Part shown: positions 27,153 to 35,947 of the stretch, piece after piece
Numbering within the stretch: the stretch's first letter is position 1
How the letters are laid out: each line of letters starts with the position of its first letter
DNA from: a virus
Taxonomy: Duplodnaviria > Caudoviricetes
Strand: one strand, 5' to 3'
IMG/VR virus record: IMGVR_UViG_3300005739_000025
DNA: 64,000 bases
Notes under the pieces: model-generated
What the model was told of the DNA's origin: nothing
The model's input: only the letters and a program-made list of their open reading frames with translations
The model's database searches: none
Made by a program: the position numbers and the translations under genes

Positions 27153-28012
27153 AAACTATTTTACTCTTAGGCAACGGATTTTTAGGTAGTAACCTATCAA
27201 ACTTTTTCTCACAAAACAATGTAGATTATAATATTTATAATAGGTCAATGTTAGATTATACTAACCCGGATGTACTTAATAATTTTTTAGATAATAATAA
27301 AGATAAATTTTTTGCGGTCATCTCTTCTTTTGGTTACACTGGTAGACCCAACGTAGATGGATGTGAGGCAAATAAAGAAGATTGTTGGAATTTTAACGTT
27401 ACATATCCTCTAAACGTAGTTAAAGTTGCAAACGACCACAAACTACCCGTTATACATGTAAGTAGTGGTTGTATTTATAGTGGTTATGATAAAGTATATA
27501 CTGAAGATGATAAACCTAATTTTGGTTTGTTTTCTGATGACAGTAGTTTTTATAGTAAATGTAAACATGCCGGTGAACTGGCATTAGATGGTTATTGTGT
27601 TTATATTTTAAGAATAAGAATACCTTTTACAAATACATTTGTACCTAAAAATTATTTTACTAAACTTTATAAGTATAACGACCTAATAGACATGTCAAAT
27701 AGTGTTACTAGTGTAACAGATTTTAATAATTTTGTTTTTAGATTTATGTATTTGCTTAGAGATTTGCCTGGCGGTATCTACAATACAGTTAATCCACAAC
27801 CAGTAAAGGCATCTGAGGTTGTTGATATAATGAAAAAATATGGAATAGAAAATCCTAACTGGAACTTTATAGATGTTAAGGATTTAAATACTATAGCAAA
27901 AAGAAGCAATTGTGTTCTGAGTACAGAGAAGATAGAAAAATATAATCTTCCGTTCCCCAATACATTGGAATCATTAGAAAGAGATATTAAGGTTTTTAGA
28001 GGTTATATTTAA
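27149..28012 (+). CDS. NDP-4-keto-6-deoxyglucose 3,5-epimerase/4-reductase (RmlD/NRS-ER-like SDR)
   Basis: GNGFLG Rossmann motif, TGRPNVDGCE, SSGCIY, EDDKPNF, SFYSKCK (YxxxK). Confidence 0.8.
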   Translation: MKTILLLGNGFLGSNLSNFFSQNNVDYNIYNRSMLDYTNPDVLNNFLDNNKDKFFAVISSFGYTGRPNVDGCEANKEDCWNFNVTYPLNVVKVANDHKLPVIHVSSGCIYSGYDKVYTEDDKPNFGLFSDDSSFYSKCKHAGELALDGYCVYILRIRIPFTNTFVPKNYFTKLYKYNDLIDMSNSVTSVTDFNNFVFRFMYLLRDLPGGIYNTVNPQPVKASEVVDIMKKYGIENPNWNFIDVKDLNTIAKRSNCVLSTEKIEKYNLPFPNTLESLERDIKVFRGYI

Positions 28013-28365
28013 TGTTCTTTAAAAAGAGGTTTTTACCCACTAATAGAGGCTTCTACGCAGTTTTACATGGTACTTATAAAGGCAATTTTTTTGTTTTTAT
28101 AAAACAAAACATTACCAGTTGTGTTTGTTTTACTTTACCAGATAAAGAAGTTCTTACTGTCCCGTTAAATGATTTTTCTAAGGCACTCTCTTCTGGAATT
28201 ATAGAATTTATAGAAAAACTACCTAAAAAGGTATATACAACAGTTGAAGAAGAATTTATTAAGATAAATAAGTTTAATGGATATAGTAGAGCCCAGAAAA
28301 ATAACAAGCCCGATAAGCGGCTTACCAGTAGAGCCCAGAATTGTAACAATACAGCACGGAAATAA
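28012..28365 (+). CDS. hypothetical protein
   Basis: ORF; its 3' 89 nt overlap a hidden ORF in another frame. Confidence 0.55.
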   Translation: MFFKKRFLPTNRGFYAVLHGTYKGNFFVFIKQNITSCVCFTLPDKEVLTVPLNDFSKALSSGIIEFIEKLPKKVYTTVEEEFIKINKFNGYSRAQKNNKPDKRLTSRAQNCNNTARK

Positions 28366-28456
28366 AATTGTTAAAGAGGCTCATTGGATAGATCCCGCTT
28401 CAGGGACATTTATAAGAAAAGGTATTATTTCAGTAGAAGAAGTAAAACCTAGTTGA
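28277..28456 (+). CDS. hidden 59-aa late ORF (MDIVEPRKITSPISGLPVEPRIVTIQHGNKIVKEAHWIDPASGTFIRKGIISVEEVKPS)
   Basis: Translated by hand; ATAAATA (28264-28270) lies 6 nt upstream; fills the otherwise empty 28366-28456 gap. Confidence 0.65.
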   Translation: MDIVEPRKITSPISGLPVEPRIVTIQHGNKIVKEAHWIDPASGTFIRKGIISVEEVKPS

Positions 28457-28480
28457 TATATTCTATTATTTTTTTATAAT
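28453..28480 (+). promoter_or_regulatory. sigma70-like promoter TTGATA-N16-TATAAT
   Basis: 5 nt before the primase GTG. Confidence 0.7.
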
Positions 28481-28485
28481 AATAG

Positions 28486-29526
28486 GTGTTTTTACCGTTA
28501 ACAGAAAACTATATCGCGAGTAAGTTTTTTCAAAACTGCGGTAAACCCTTTTATAATAGAACTCAGAAAACCTATCAAGGTTCTTGCCCTATTTGTAGAG
28601 AAGGTAGCTCTTGGCTTAAAAAAAGACGATGCTACTATATCGTTGATAAGAACGTAGTCTGCTGCCATAATTGTGGTTGGTACAGCAATCCATATAATTG
28701 GATTTTAAAAGTAACAGGTCTTAATTTTTCTGAAGTTAAAAAAGAATTAGAAAATTTTGATACACCTATATTTTCTGTAAATATAAAGCAAAAGGATAAC
28801 AAAAAAGAACACAATATAACAGAGAACTTGCCTTCAGATAGTATTAACTTATTAGACGAAAATCAAACAGAGTATTATTCTCAAAACCAAACCATTAAAC
28901 AGGCACTAAGTTTACTTAGAAACAGAAGACTTATAAGCGCTATAAACAGACCTTTAACATTTTATATTTCACTAACTGACAAGGTACACGAAAATAGATT
29001 GGTGATACCTTTTTACAGTGATGATAATAAGATAATCCATTATCAAACAAGAACTGTTTTAGATACTGATACTAGACCAAAATATCTATCAAAAGTAGGG
29101 TCCGAAAAGTCTCTCTACGGTATTAATGCTGTAAATAGCGATCTCGAATATTTGTTTATTACAGAAGGTCCAATCGATGCTATGTTTTTACAAAATGGTA
29201 TTGCAGTAGCAGGTATTAATGAGAGTAAGACAAGAAACTTTACCGAGACCCAAAAACAGCAACTTAATGGCTACCCTCTACATAAAAAGATATGGGTATT
29301 AGATAATCAATATAGCGATAAAACAAGTAAACAAAAGACAAAGAACCTATTAGACGCAGGTGAAAACGTATTTATATGGCCTGAAAATCTAAAGAATTAC
29401 AAAGATTTAAACGAGTATTGTATAGATAAAAAGTGTGATAGTTTTGATAGAGATATTATTTTAAATAATACCTATTCAGGACTTAGAGGTAAGTTACTAC
29501 TTACTAGTCGTTGCTGCCAGCAATAA
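28486..29526 (+). CDS. gp61: DNA primase gp61
   Basis: Zn ribbon CPIC...CHNCG, RLVIPF, YQTR, PKY, and TOPRIM ITEGPIDAMF, LDN, KDLNE. Confidence 0.92.
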   Translation: MFLPLTENYIASKFFQNCGKPFYNRTQKTYQGSCPICREGSSWLKKRRCYYIVDKNVVCCHNCGWYSNPYNWILKVTGLNFSEVKKELENFDTPIFSVNIKQKDNKKEHNITENLPSDSINLLDENQTEYYSQNQTIKQALSLLRNRRLISAINRPLTFYISLTDKVHENRLVIPFYSDDNKIIHYQTRTVLDTDTRPKYLSKVGSEKSLYGINAVNSDLEYLFITEGPIDAMFLQNGIAVAGINESKTRNFTETQKQQLNGYPLHKKIWVLDNQYSDKTSKQKTKNLLDAGENVFIWPENLKNYKDLNEYCIDKKCDSFDRDIILNNTYSGLRGKLLLTSRCCQQ

Positions 29527-29923
29527 GATAACCTTTAAGAGCTTCTGCTAATGCTGATAGATCAACCGCCACTCTAGAAATTCTCTTTGATTCAGAGCTG
29601 GCAATTTTTTCAAACATTGTATCACAGTCACAATTGTGTAGTTTGGTTTGAACAGAAGATTCATTAACTCCGTTTAAGTATTCTACAAATTCTTCAATTT
29701 TAGAAATCCAATTAGTAAGCTCAGATTTTTGTGAATCTAGACTTTGTTGTTTTAAAGCTGCGATATCTTCGCCTGGCTTGATCCCAGCACCAAGATCTTC
29801 AGGAGCAACACCTGGCTCTAATTCACCTTGAAGAGCATCCTCTTCACCTGTGTCCTGAGGTGGCTTAATTTCTTCTTCATCTTGTTCTAATAGAACTTTG
29901 AAACGATCTTTAAATAGTGACAT
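29504..29923 (-). CDS. late protein with capsid-targeting-like leader (MSLFKDRFKVLLE)
   Basis: TAAGTA variant box 6 nt upstream; acidic N-terminal half. Confidence 0.55.
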   Translation of the reverse strand: MSLFKDRFKVLLEQDEEEIKPPQDTGEEDALQGELEPGVAPEDLGAGIKPGEDIAALKQQSLDSQKSELTNWISKIEEFVEYLNGVNESSVQTKLHNCDCDTMFEKIASSESKRISRVAVDLSALAEALKGYLIAGSND

Positions 29924-29964
29924 ATAAATTACTTATTCTAACCAAGCTAAAATAAATAATTAAA

Positions 29965-30351
29965 ATGGGTAAAAATAATAAAATGATTAGCGAAGATGTT
30001 CAGAACATATATAACAAATGGGTGTCTGGAATAGCTAAAAGAGAAGCGCCACCAGAAGTAATAACAGCAGCTGATATTCAGAATAGATATAGAAATGGTT
30101 TAAACTATACAGCGCCTCAATCGCTTCCTTATCCTTTAACTAATCTTTTAGATTTTTTAGGTAACTTATTTGTTAAGTCTGCTGAAATGAGACATTCTTT
30201 GGGAAGTGCTATTACGTATCCAGTAATTAAAGAAAAAAAATCTAGTGTAGATGCAATTAAAAAACTAAATGAAAAATTAAGAGAGATTCAGGACATTATA
30301 TACTCTTGCACTGAAGAGCTTAATCAAATAGTTGAAAATAAAGAAAAGTAG
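29965..30351 (+). CDS. hypothetical late protein
   Basis: ATAAATA 6 nt upstream; leader MGKNNKMISE. Confidence 0.55.
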   Translation: MGKNNKMISEDVQNIYNKWVSGIAKREAPPEVITAADIQNRYRNGLNYTAPQSLPYPLTNLLDFLGNLFVKSAEMRHSLGSAITYPVIKEKKSSVDAIKKLNEKLREIQDIIYSCTEELNQIVENKEK

Positions 30352-30359
30352 AATATAAT
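30332..30359 (+). promoter_or_regulatory. sigma70-like promoter TTGAAA-N16-TATAAT
   Basis: 6 nt before GTG 30366. Confidence 0.65.
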
Positions 30360-30365
30360 TATATT

Positions 30366-30821
30366 GTGATTTTACAAATAATTAAAAGTTTAATAATAAC
30401 TTTTACTGTAGCAGCAGCAATAGGATATTTTTTAACAACAGTAGGCATATCCTTTTTGCCAACTTTTTTCTTAGTTGTAATTTTGCAATTTTTGTTTTTT
30501 TATTTTTATGGTGAAATAGTAAAAAGAAGAAACGAAACACTACAAGTAGAAGCAGAGATTAATATAGCAAAAGAATTATCCCGTCAACAAGTCACTGTGA
30601 CTTGTCCTTGCGATAGAAATATTCAAACTACTATTCCTGTTGATTTAAGCCGACAAAACAGTTATGTATGTCAAGGGTGTAATAAAGATATAAGCGTTTT
30701 TATAGAAACTAAAACAGCTCTCTCTACTAAGCCCGTTATGTCTAATCCATTAGACACACCTATAATGTTAGATGAAATACAGAAAGTTTTAAAAGATGAT
30801 GCAAATAGAAGAGAAAAATAG
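30366..30821 (+). CDS. two-TM membrane protein with a C-terminal CxC...CxxC putative Zn ribbon
   Basis: Two hydrophobic helices, then CPC and CQGC. Confidence 0.6.
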   Translation: MILQIIKSLIITFTVAAAIGYFLTTVGISFLPTFFLVVILQFLFFYFYGEIVKRRNETLQVEAEINIAKELSRQQVTVTCPCDRNIQTTIPVDLSRQNSYVCQGCNKDISVFIETKTALSTKPVMSNPLDTPIMLDEIQKVLKDDANRREK

Positions 30822-31176
30822 CTCATCCATACTACCTGTTAAGGAGATTAAACAAGAGTATAATATTGCTGATTTAAACAATATAATTACCCAGTTACTT
30901 GCAAAAATAGATCCAAAGCTTTTAAAAACTTTTGATTTTTATTCTCTTAAAAACAATAGAGGTTTGGTTTTAGATTTATTTAATAATCTGGAAAATATTA
31001 TTAAAGATAAAAATTTAATTTCCGATAACCTGAACAATATAACAAAGATATTTGAAACAATAAAGATACAATTTCAGTTATTAGAAGAAATAAAAATAGA
31101 TAAACCGGAAAATAATGAAATTTTTACCGTCTTTCTTGCTACAACTCTGTCATACTTAAAAAAATATTTTTCTTGA
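30796..31176 (+). CDS. hypothetical protein
   Basis: ORF only. Confidence 0.5.
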   Translation: MMQIEEKNSSSILPVKEIKQEYNIADLNNIITQLLAKIDPKLLKTFDFYSLKNNRGLVLDLFNNLENIIKDKNLISDNLNNITKIFETIKIQFQLLEEIKIDKPENNEIFTVFLATTLSYLKKYFS

Positions 31177-31201
31177 CGTTCTTAAATATTTTTTATATAC
31201 T
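31173..31201 (+). promoter_or_regulatory. sigma70-like promoter TTGACG-N17-TATACT
   Basis: 6 nt before ATG 31208. Confidence 0.6.
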
Positions 31202-31207
31202 TTATTT

Positions 31208-31525
31208 ATGAGTAGTAAAAAATATGTAACATTTGAAACTAAAAAGAACGGAACCATTGCAATGTCAAAAGAAACATTCGCTAGATGGTTGTGTTTAATG
31301 GAAGCTTTTTATATCATTGAAAAGAAAGCAGAAGAACTAGAGGTCAATTTGACTGATAATGATCTAGTAAGACCCTTAGCATTTGAAAAATATATTGATC
31401 AGCGCTTTGAGAGCATGATGTTAGATCTCACACATGATGAAAAGAATAATTTACTTGGTAAAAATTTCGTACATTATTCAAACAACCCTGAAAGCGAAGA
31501 ACTAGTAGTATCCACCATAAGTTAA
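31208..31525 (+). CDS. hypothetical protein
   Basis: ORF with its own promoter. Confidence 0.6.
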   Translation: MSSKKYVTFETKKNGTIAMSKETFARWLCLMEAFYIIEKKAEELEVNLTDNDLVRPLAFEKYIDQRFESMMLDLTHDEKNNLLGKNFVHYSNNPESEELVVSTIS

Positions 31526-32251
31526 CGTGTTGTTAATATTCATATCAAATACCTGGAACCTAGACTGAGCTTCAGCATCTCCTGGATATGATGAAGTTCT
31601 AATAACAGGTGTAGTTTGATTACTAGATAATATCCCGTAATAAGTATCATCATGTACTTGGGCACTACCCTTTTCAAATGTTATATCTGGCTCAAAAGAG
31701 TAATCAAAACGCTTAGCTTTTAACATCCACACATAGTGTCCCATAAGCGGATTAATTTGAGAATTGTCTTCATCACATCTTTCGGTGATTTCAAACATCT
31801 TACCGTCCCTTTCACCTGGTCTGTCGGACCCATATTCTAAAAGTTTAAAAACATCTCCAGATTTTGGTTCCCATGTTGGAGGAAACACAGCATAGAAACT
31901 ACTTATATGTACATATGCTGTTACCGTGTCATCGCTTTGAAAACCAAACTTACTTAATACTAAGGCATTTTCAGCTAATTTAACTCCCATTATTAAAGGC
32001 TGAGGTGTTAAAAACCCCGCTAAAGGCTGTTCACCGTAAATGTTATCAGCAGTTTCTACATTATATTTGTTTCTATAATAAAGTACTTTTTGCCCATATA
32101 ATTCTATTTGCTCTTTCCACCAATTACTATACATTAGTCTTTCGCCATAATTGTTAGCCTTATCTGTATAACGTAAAGCGGTAGGGGTATATCCGTTATT
32201 TGGATATGTTTGAATACAATTCATTCCCTCATATTTGTCTAGTGAAATCAT
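31502..32251 (-). CDS. gp14: neck/head-closure protein gp14-like
   Basis: EQIELYGQKVLYY, NIYGE, LSKFG..SDD, EPKSGDV match the gp14 pattern. Confidence 0.75.
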   Translation of the reverse strand: MISLDKYEGMNCIQTYPNNGYTPTALRYTDKANNYGERLMYSNWWKEQIELYGQKVLYYRNKYNVETADNIYGEQPLAGFLTPQPLIMGVKLAENALVLSKFGFQSDDTVTAYVHISSFYAVFPPTWEPKSGDVFKLLEYGSDRPGERDGKMFEITERCDEDNSQINPLMGHYVWMLKAKRFDYSFEPDITFEKGSAQVHDDTYYGILSSNQTTPVIRTSSYPGDAEAQSRFQVFDMNINNTLTYGGYY

Positions 32252-32619
32252 TTTTTAAGTGCAAAGGTTTTTAAGTTATTGTCCCAAACTATAGCTATAC
32301 CCGTGTTTCCAAGCTTTCTAGGTACATCTTTAGTTACTTTATAAATTTTATATTTCTTACAAATTTGTTTTAATTGAACACCATTTAAGGGTTCATAGTG
32401 AGAGAATTTGTTTTTAATTTTTTCTACTTTTTGAATGATATCTGGGTCCGGTTTAATATATTCCGGAACGGTTTGAAGATTTTTTCTTAATAAGGGGTTT
32501 CTGATAATATTAGCTCTATGTCTATGACCTTTTTCTTGAGCAGGATCTTTTATAGGAGCAAAGAAATTAACGTAGCCGCCATTCCAGGTCTGTTCAAAAA
32601 ATTTTTTAAACGTTAACAT
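32248..32619 (-). CDS. late hypothetical protein with leader MLTFKKFFE
   Basis: CTAAATA 6 nt upstream. Confidence 0.55.
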   Translation of the reverse strand: MLTFKKFFEQTWNGGYVNFFAPIKDPAQEKGHRHRANIIRNPLLRKNLQTVPEYIKPDPDIIQKVEKIKNKFSHYEPLNGVQLKQICKKYKIYKVTKDVPRKLGNTGIAIVWDNNLKTFALKK

Positions 32620-32634
32620 TTAAAGTATTTAGTC

Positions 32635-32665
32635 AAAAAAAATCCCCTAGCATAACTAGGGGATT
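32635..32665 (-). terminator. Rho-independent terminator after the acidic late gene
   Basis: Perfect 10-bp stem AATCCCCTAG / CTAGGGGATT with a 5-nt loop; a T-tract follows on the minus strand. Confidence 0.85.
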
Positions 32666-32691
32666 AATTATTTTTTATTTTCTAGATTTGA

Positions 32692-33540
32692 TTATGAGAA
32701 TAAGTTATGTCCAGCTTTAATGGAACTACTTACTTTGTTATCTTTCTTTGTAAGAACGTGACCTTTGTCACCAAGAGCTGTTAAGTCAGAAGCTTTTGTT
32801 ACGTCTGTTGAAGCTTTGCCTTTTGAAGCTTTGATGTTGCCAGCAGCGTCCATACCTTTTGTTAGCTTTTTGCCGTGCTCATCAGATAATTTTTCTGCTT
32901 CTACTTCTTCAGAATAACTATCTTCCTCTTCTTCATCTTCGTCTTCGACTTCTTCATCTTCGTCTTCTACTTCTTCTTCGTCTTCATCTTTGTTCTCTTC
33001 ACCACCTTCTGTGTCGATTTCGAGATCTTCTAGGTCTGACTCTTCATCACTACCTAAATCTTCTTCACCACCAACTGCAGCTTGAAGAACGTCGATTAAT
33101 GTTTGTGCTGTTTCTTTGTCTAAAGTAACTGTTACTTCGTTACCACCCATGTCTTCTTCACCACCGAAGTCGGTATCGACATCTGTATCAGATTCCATAT
33201 CGCCTTCTGGACCGGCACTAGGACCGAGATCTAACTCGTCATCCATTACGTTTTCGAAAAGTTTATCAAATTTAGATTTCATAAAACTATTTATATTTTC
33301 GCGTACATTTTTTCTACTACTTTTTTTACTTTTTTTAACCTTTTTGAGACCTTTAACTTTTTCTGGGCCAGAATCTTTCATTGTTTTTGGCTCCTTAACA
33401 GTCTCACCAGCTTTTGGAAATGTACCTTTAGGAAATTTTTTAGCTGATTTCTTTTCTTCTACTAATTCTGAACCACCTGTATTTTTGTACATTGATTCAT
33501 ATAGTGAACTGATGTCAGTAATAGATTTAATTCTTGTCAT
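32692..33540 (-). CDS. charged low-complexity late protein, candidate head core/scaffold-type protein
   Basis: ATAAATA 5 nt upstream; basic N-terminal part and Glu/Asp-rich middle; internal late promoter with an in-frame ATG at 33282. Confidence 0.55.
   Translation of the reverse strand: MTRIKSITDISSLYESMYKNTGGSELVEEKKSAKKFPKGTFPKAGETVKEPKTMKDSGPEKVKGLKKVKKSKKSSRKNVRENINSFMKSKFDKLFENVMDDELDLGPSAGPEGDMESDTDVDTDFGGEEDMGGNEVTVTLDKETAQTLIDVLQAAVGGEEDLGSDEESDLEDLEIDTEGGEENKDEDEEEVEDEDEEVEDEDEEEEDSYSEEVEAEKLSDEHGKKLTKGMDAAGNIKASKGKASTDVTKASDLTALGDKGHVLTKKDNKVSSSIKAGHNLFS
33288..33293 (-). promoter_or_regulatory. intragenic late promoter TATAAATA driving in-frame ATG 33282
   Basis: Minus strand reads TATAAATA-GTTTT-ATG AAA TCT AAA TTT. 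Confidence 0.6.
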
Positions 33541-33545
33541 ATAGT

Positions 33546-33569
33546 TATTTATTGCTAACGGTGTAAATA
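33546..33569. promoter_or_regulatory. divergent late promoters (minus 33546-33551; plus 33564-33569)
   Basis: TAAATA boxes 5 and 6 nt from ATG 33540(-) and ATG 33576(+). Confidence 0.65.
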
Positions 33570-33575
33570 TTTACA

Positions 33576-35324
33576 ATGTCAAAGAATAAAGATTTAGGTA
33601 CAGGGGAAAAGGCCTATCTCGGTAATAGTAATATTCCTGCTCCGGGTTCTAGATACGAATATACTCCGGAAATGATTGCAGAGATTAAAAAATGTAAAAA
33701 GTCTCTTTTACATTTTGCCGAAAATCATTTCTATATAGTTAACGTTGATGAGGGTAGACAACAAATTAAATTAAGAAAATATCAAAAAAGAATTCTCAAA
33801 ACATTAAAAAACGATAGATTTGTTGTTTTATTAGCAAGTAGACAGATAGGTAAGAGTAGTATTCTTACTATATATATGTTGTGGGTAGCATTATTTAATG
33901 ATGACCAAAATATCTTATTAGTAGCTAACAAAGAGGTAACAGCTAAAGAAATTTTTAAAAGAATTAAACTAGCGTATGAAATGTTGCCAAACTATTTAAA
34001 GTCACCTGTTGTAAAATATGCAGAGACATCAATGTCTTTAACAAATGGTAGCACAATTAGTATATCTACTACAACATCAGATACAGGTCGTGGTTCGTCT
34101 GTGTCACTATTATGTCTTGACGAGCTTGCGTTTATTGAACCAGGAATGCTTGAAGCGTTTTGGGCTTCTGTTTACCCTGTAATTTCCTCATCTAAAAAGG
34201 CTAAAATTTTAGCTGTTAGTACTCCAAATGGTGTTGGTAACCTATTTCATTCATTATATTCAGGAGCAATTAAGAAAGGGGATGATTGGAATGGGTGGAA
34301 GGCAGAAAGAGTGGACTGGTGGGAAGTACCTGATAGAGATGAAGAATGGAAGGAAAGAACTATTCGAACAATGGGTTCTCGTGAAAAATTCGCTCAAGAG
34401 TTTGAATGTGTATTCTTATCTTCAGGGGAAAGCGCTCTCGATGAAGGTCTTTACGAAAACTTACAATTAAACATTTATGATCCGAAATATGTTTACGACG
34501 ACGGGTCTTACTTAATCTGGGAGCAGCCATCAAATGATAAAATTTATGCAGTTGGAGTTGACGTCGGGGAGGGGTTAAAACTTAATGCATCTGTTGCTCA
34601 AATTTTAGATATTACCGATCTTTCTAATATTAAGCAAGTTGCGGAATATTACACTACATCTTTACCACCATATAATTTTACACAAAAATTACAAGAAGTT
34701 TTAACCCATTGGGGTAAACCTGTTGTAGCAATTGAAAGAAATAATTGTGGAGCGCAAGTTGTAGACAATTTAAGAAATGTTTATGGTTATGAAAATATTA
34801 TAACTTGGGGTGCTAAGACTGAAGAAAAAAATATATACCAAAGATTAGGAATTGTATCTCATACTAATACCAAATATCGAGGCATTATGAATATGAGATA
34901 TTGGGTTAATCAATTAAGAGTAGTAAAAATTCATGATATTAAAACATTAAATGAATTTAAAGATTTTGTAAGACACCCCAACAACACATGGTCAGGAAGA
35001 ACAGCAAACACCTTGGACGATAGAGTAATGGCAATGGTATGGGCTTTAATTTGTCTTGAAAACGATATTTGTGCTAGATATTTTGAAATTATCAAACTAG
35101 ACGACAATATGAGACCAGAAGTTATAAAGAGCTTAGATTATGGTTTTAAAGGTATAGTAAGTCCAATTGGCGTTTACAATAATGAAGCAGATCAAATAGG
35201 GGTACAGCCGCTTCCTGTTGTGTATCAAACAAAAAATGATGATGCAGAACAATTTGATAATCCCGATTTAGAAGATTTGTATGAGCAGGGCTGGAGATTC
35301 CCAGAACTAAATAATAGATACTAG
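33576..35324 (+). CDS. gp17: terminase large subunit gp17
   Basis: ASRQIGKS, GRGSS, LDELAF, STPNG, FAQEFEC, VGVDVGEG, DDRVMA. Confidence 0.95.
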   Translation: MSKNKDLGTGEKAYLGNSNIPAPGSRYEYTPEMIAEIKKCKKSLLHFAENHFYIVNVDEGRQQIKLRKYQKRILKTLKNDRFVVLLASRQIGKSSILTIYMLWVALFNDDQNILLVANKEVTAKEIFKRIKLAYEMLPNYLKSPVVKYAETSMSLTNGSTISISTTTSDTGRGSSVSLLCLDELAFIEPGMLEAFWASVYPVISSSKKAKILAVSTPNGVGNLFHSLYSGAIKKGDDWNGWKAERVDWWEVPDRDEEWKERTIRTMGSREKFAQEFECVFLSSGESALDEGLYENLQLNIYDPKYVYDDGSYLIWEQPSNDKIYAVGVDVGEGLKLNASVAQILDITDLSNIKQVAEYYTTSLPPYNFTQKLQEVLTHWGKPVVAIERNNCGAQVVDNLRNVYGYENIITWGAKTEEKNIYQRLGIVSHTNTKYRGIMNMRYWVNQLRVVKIHDIKTLNEFKDFVRHPNNTWSGRTANTLDDRVMAMVWALICLENDICARYFEIIKLDDNMRPEVIKSLDYGFKGIVSPIGVYNNEADQIGVQPLPVVYQTKNDDAEQFDNPDLEDLYEQGWRFPELNNRY

Positions 35325-35908
35325 TGAATATTCCTATCCAAAATAACGCTTATTATCAAAGCTATTTAAACAAGACAAGAAAAGACAAATTTATTATGGT
35401 TTTTTCTTTACCAGAAACTTTAAAGGCTATAAAAGCTTCTGTTGGTAGAAGAAACAATAGTGTAATCCCAGATACAATGCAGTTTTCCATATATGGATCT
35501 GTAATACCCACCTTTACTGTTCCTGAAAAAGAAGTTCCATACGACGGTCAAGTCATGAAAGTTACCAGCTATACAAGACCATCTTACCCTAAAAATGTTA
35601 TTAATTTTACTGTTGACAACATGTTTAACAACTATTGGGTTATATACAAATGGTTACAAATATTTAATAGTGAAAAAGAGAGTATTTATAAATCAAAATT
35701 AGCAAATGACACGGGTTCTCTTAAAAACTACGAAACCACTATTTCAGTTTTTGGCTTAGATGAGTATAATAATAGAGTTATTGAATTTAAATATTACCAT
35801 GCTTTTCCCGTTTCTTTAGGAGGGATTACATATTCTGATAGAGATTCTAATGAACTGGAGTCTACTTTTGAATATGTTTATCATCAGTTTGAAGCAATTT
35901 TATTATAG
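35324..35908 (+). CDS. tail completion protein gp3-like (tube fold)
   Basis: IP..TV, FTVDNMFNNYWVIYKW, FKYYHAFPVSLG. Confidence 0.65.
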   Translation: MNIPIQNNAYYQSYLNKTRKDKFIMVFSLPETLKAIKASVGRRNNSVIPDTMQFSIYGSVIPTFTVPEKEVPYDGQVMKVTSYTRPSYPKNVINFTVDNMFNNYWVIYKWLQIFNSEKESIYKSKLANDTGSLKNYETTISVFGLDEYNNRVIEFKYYHAFPVSLGGITYSDRDSNELESTFEYVYHQFEAILL

Positions 35909-35936
35909 TTTGTTAAAAAAGGGAGCAAAGAAATAA

Positions 35937-35942
35937 TAAATA
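35937..35942 (+). promoter_or_regulatory. late promoter TAAATA for the sheath gene
   Basis: ATAAATA-ATTTT-ATG; the same string precedes the tube (38390) and gp25 (48823) genes. Confidence 0.75.
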
Positions 35943-35947
35943 ATTTT

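Noticed and set aside
32915-32995. TCTTCATCTTCG-like tandem repeats
   Set aside because: They encode the Glu/Asp tract of the acidic late protein and are not a CRISPR array or origin iterons.
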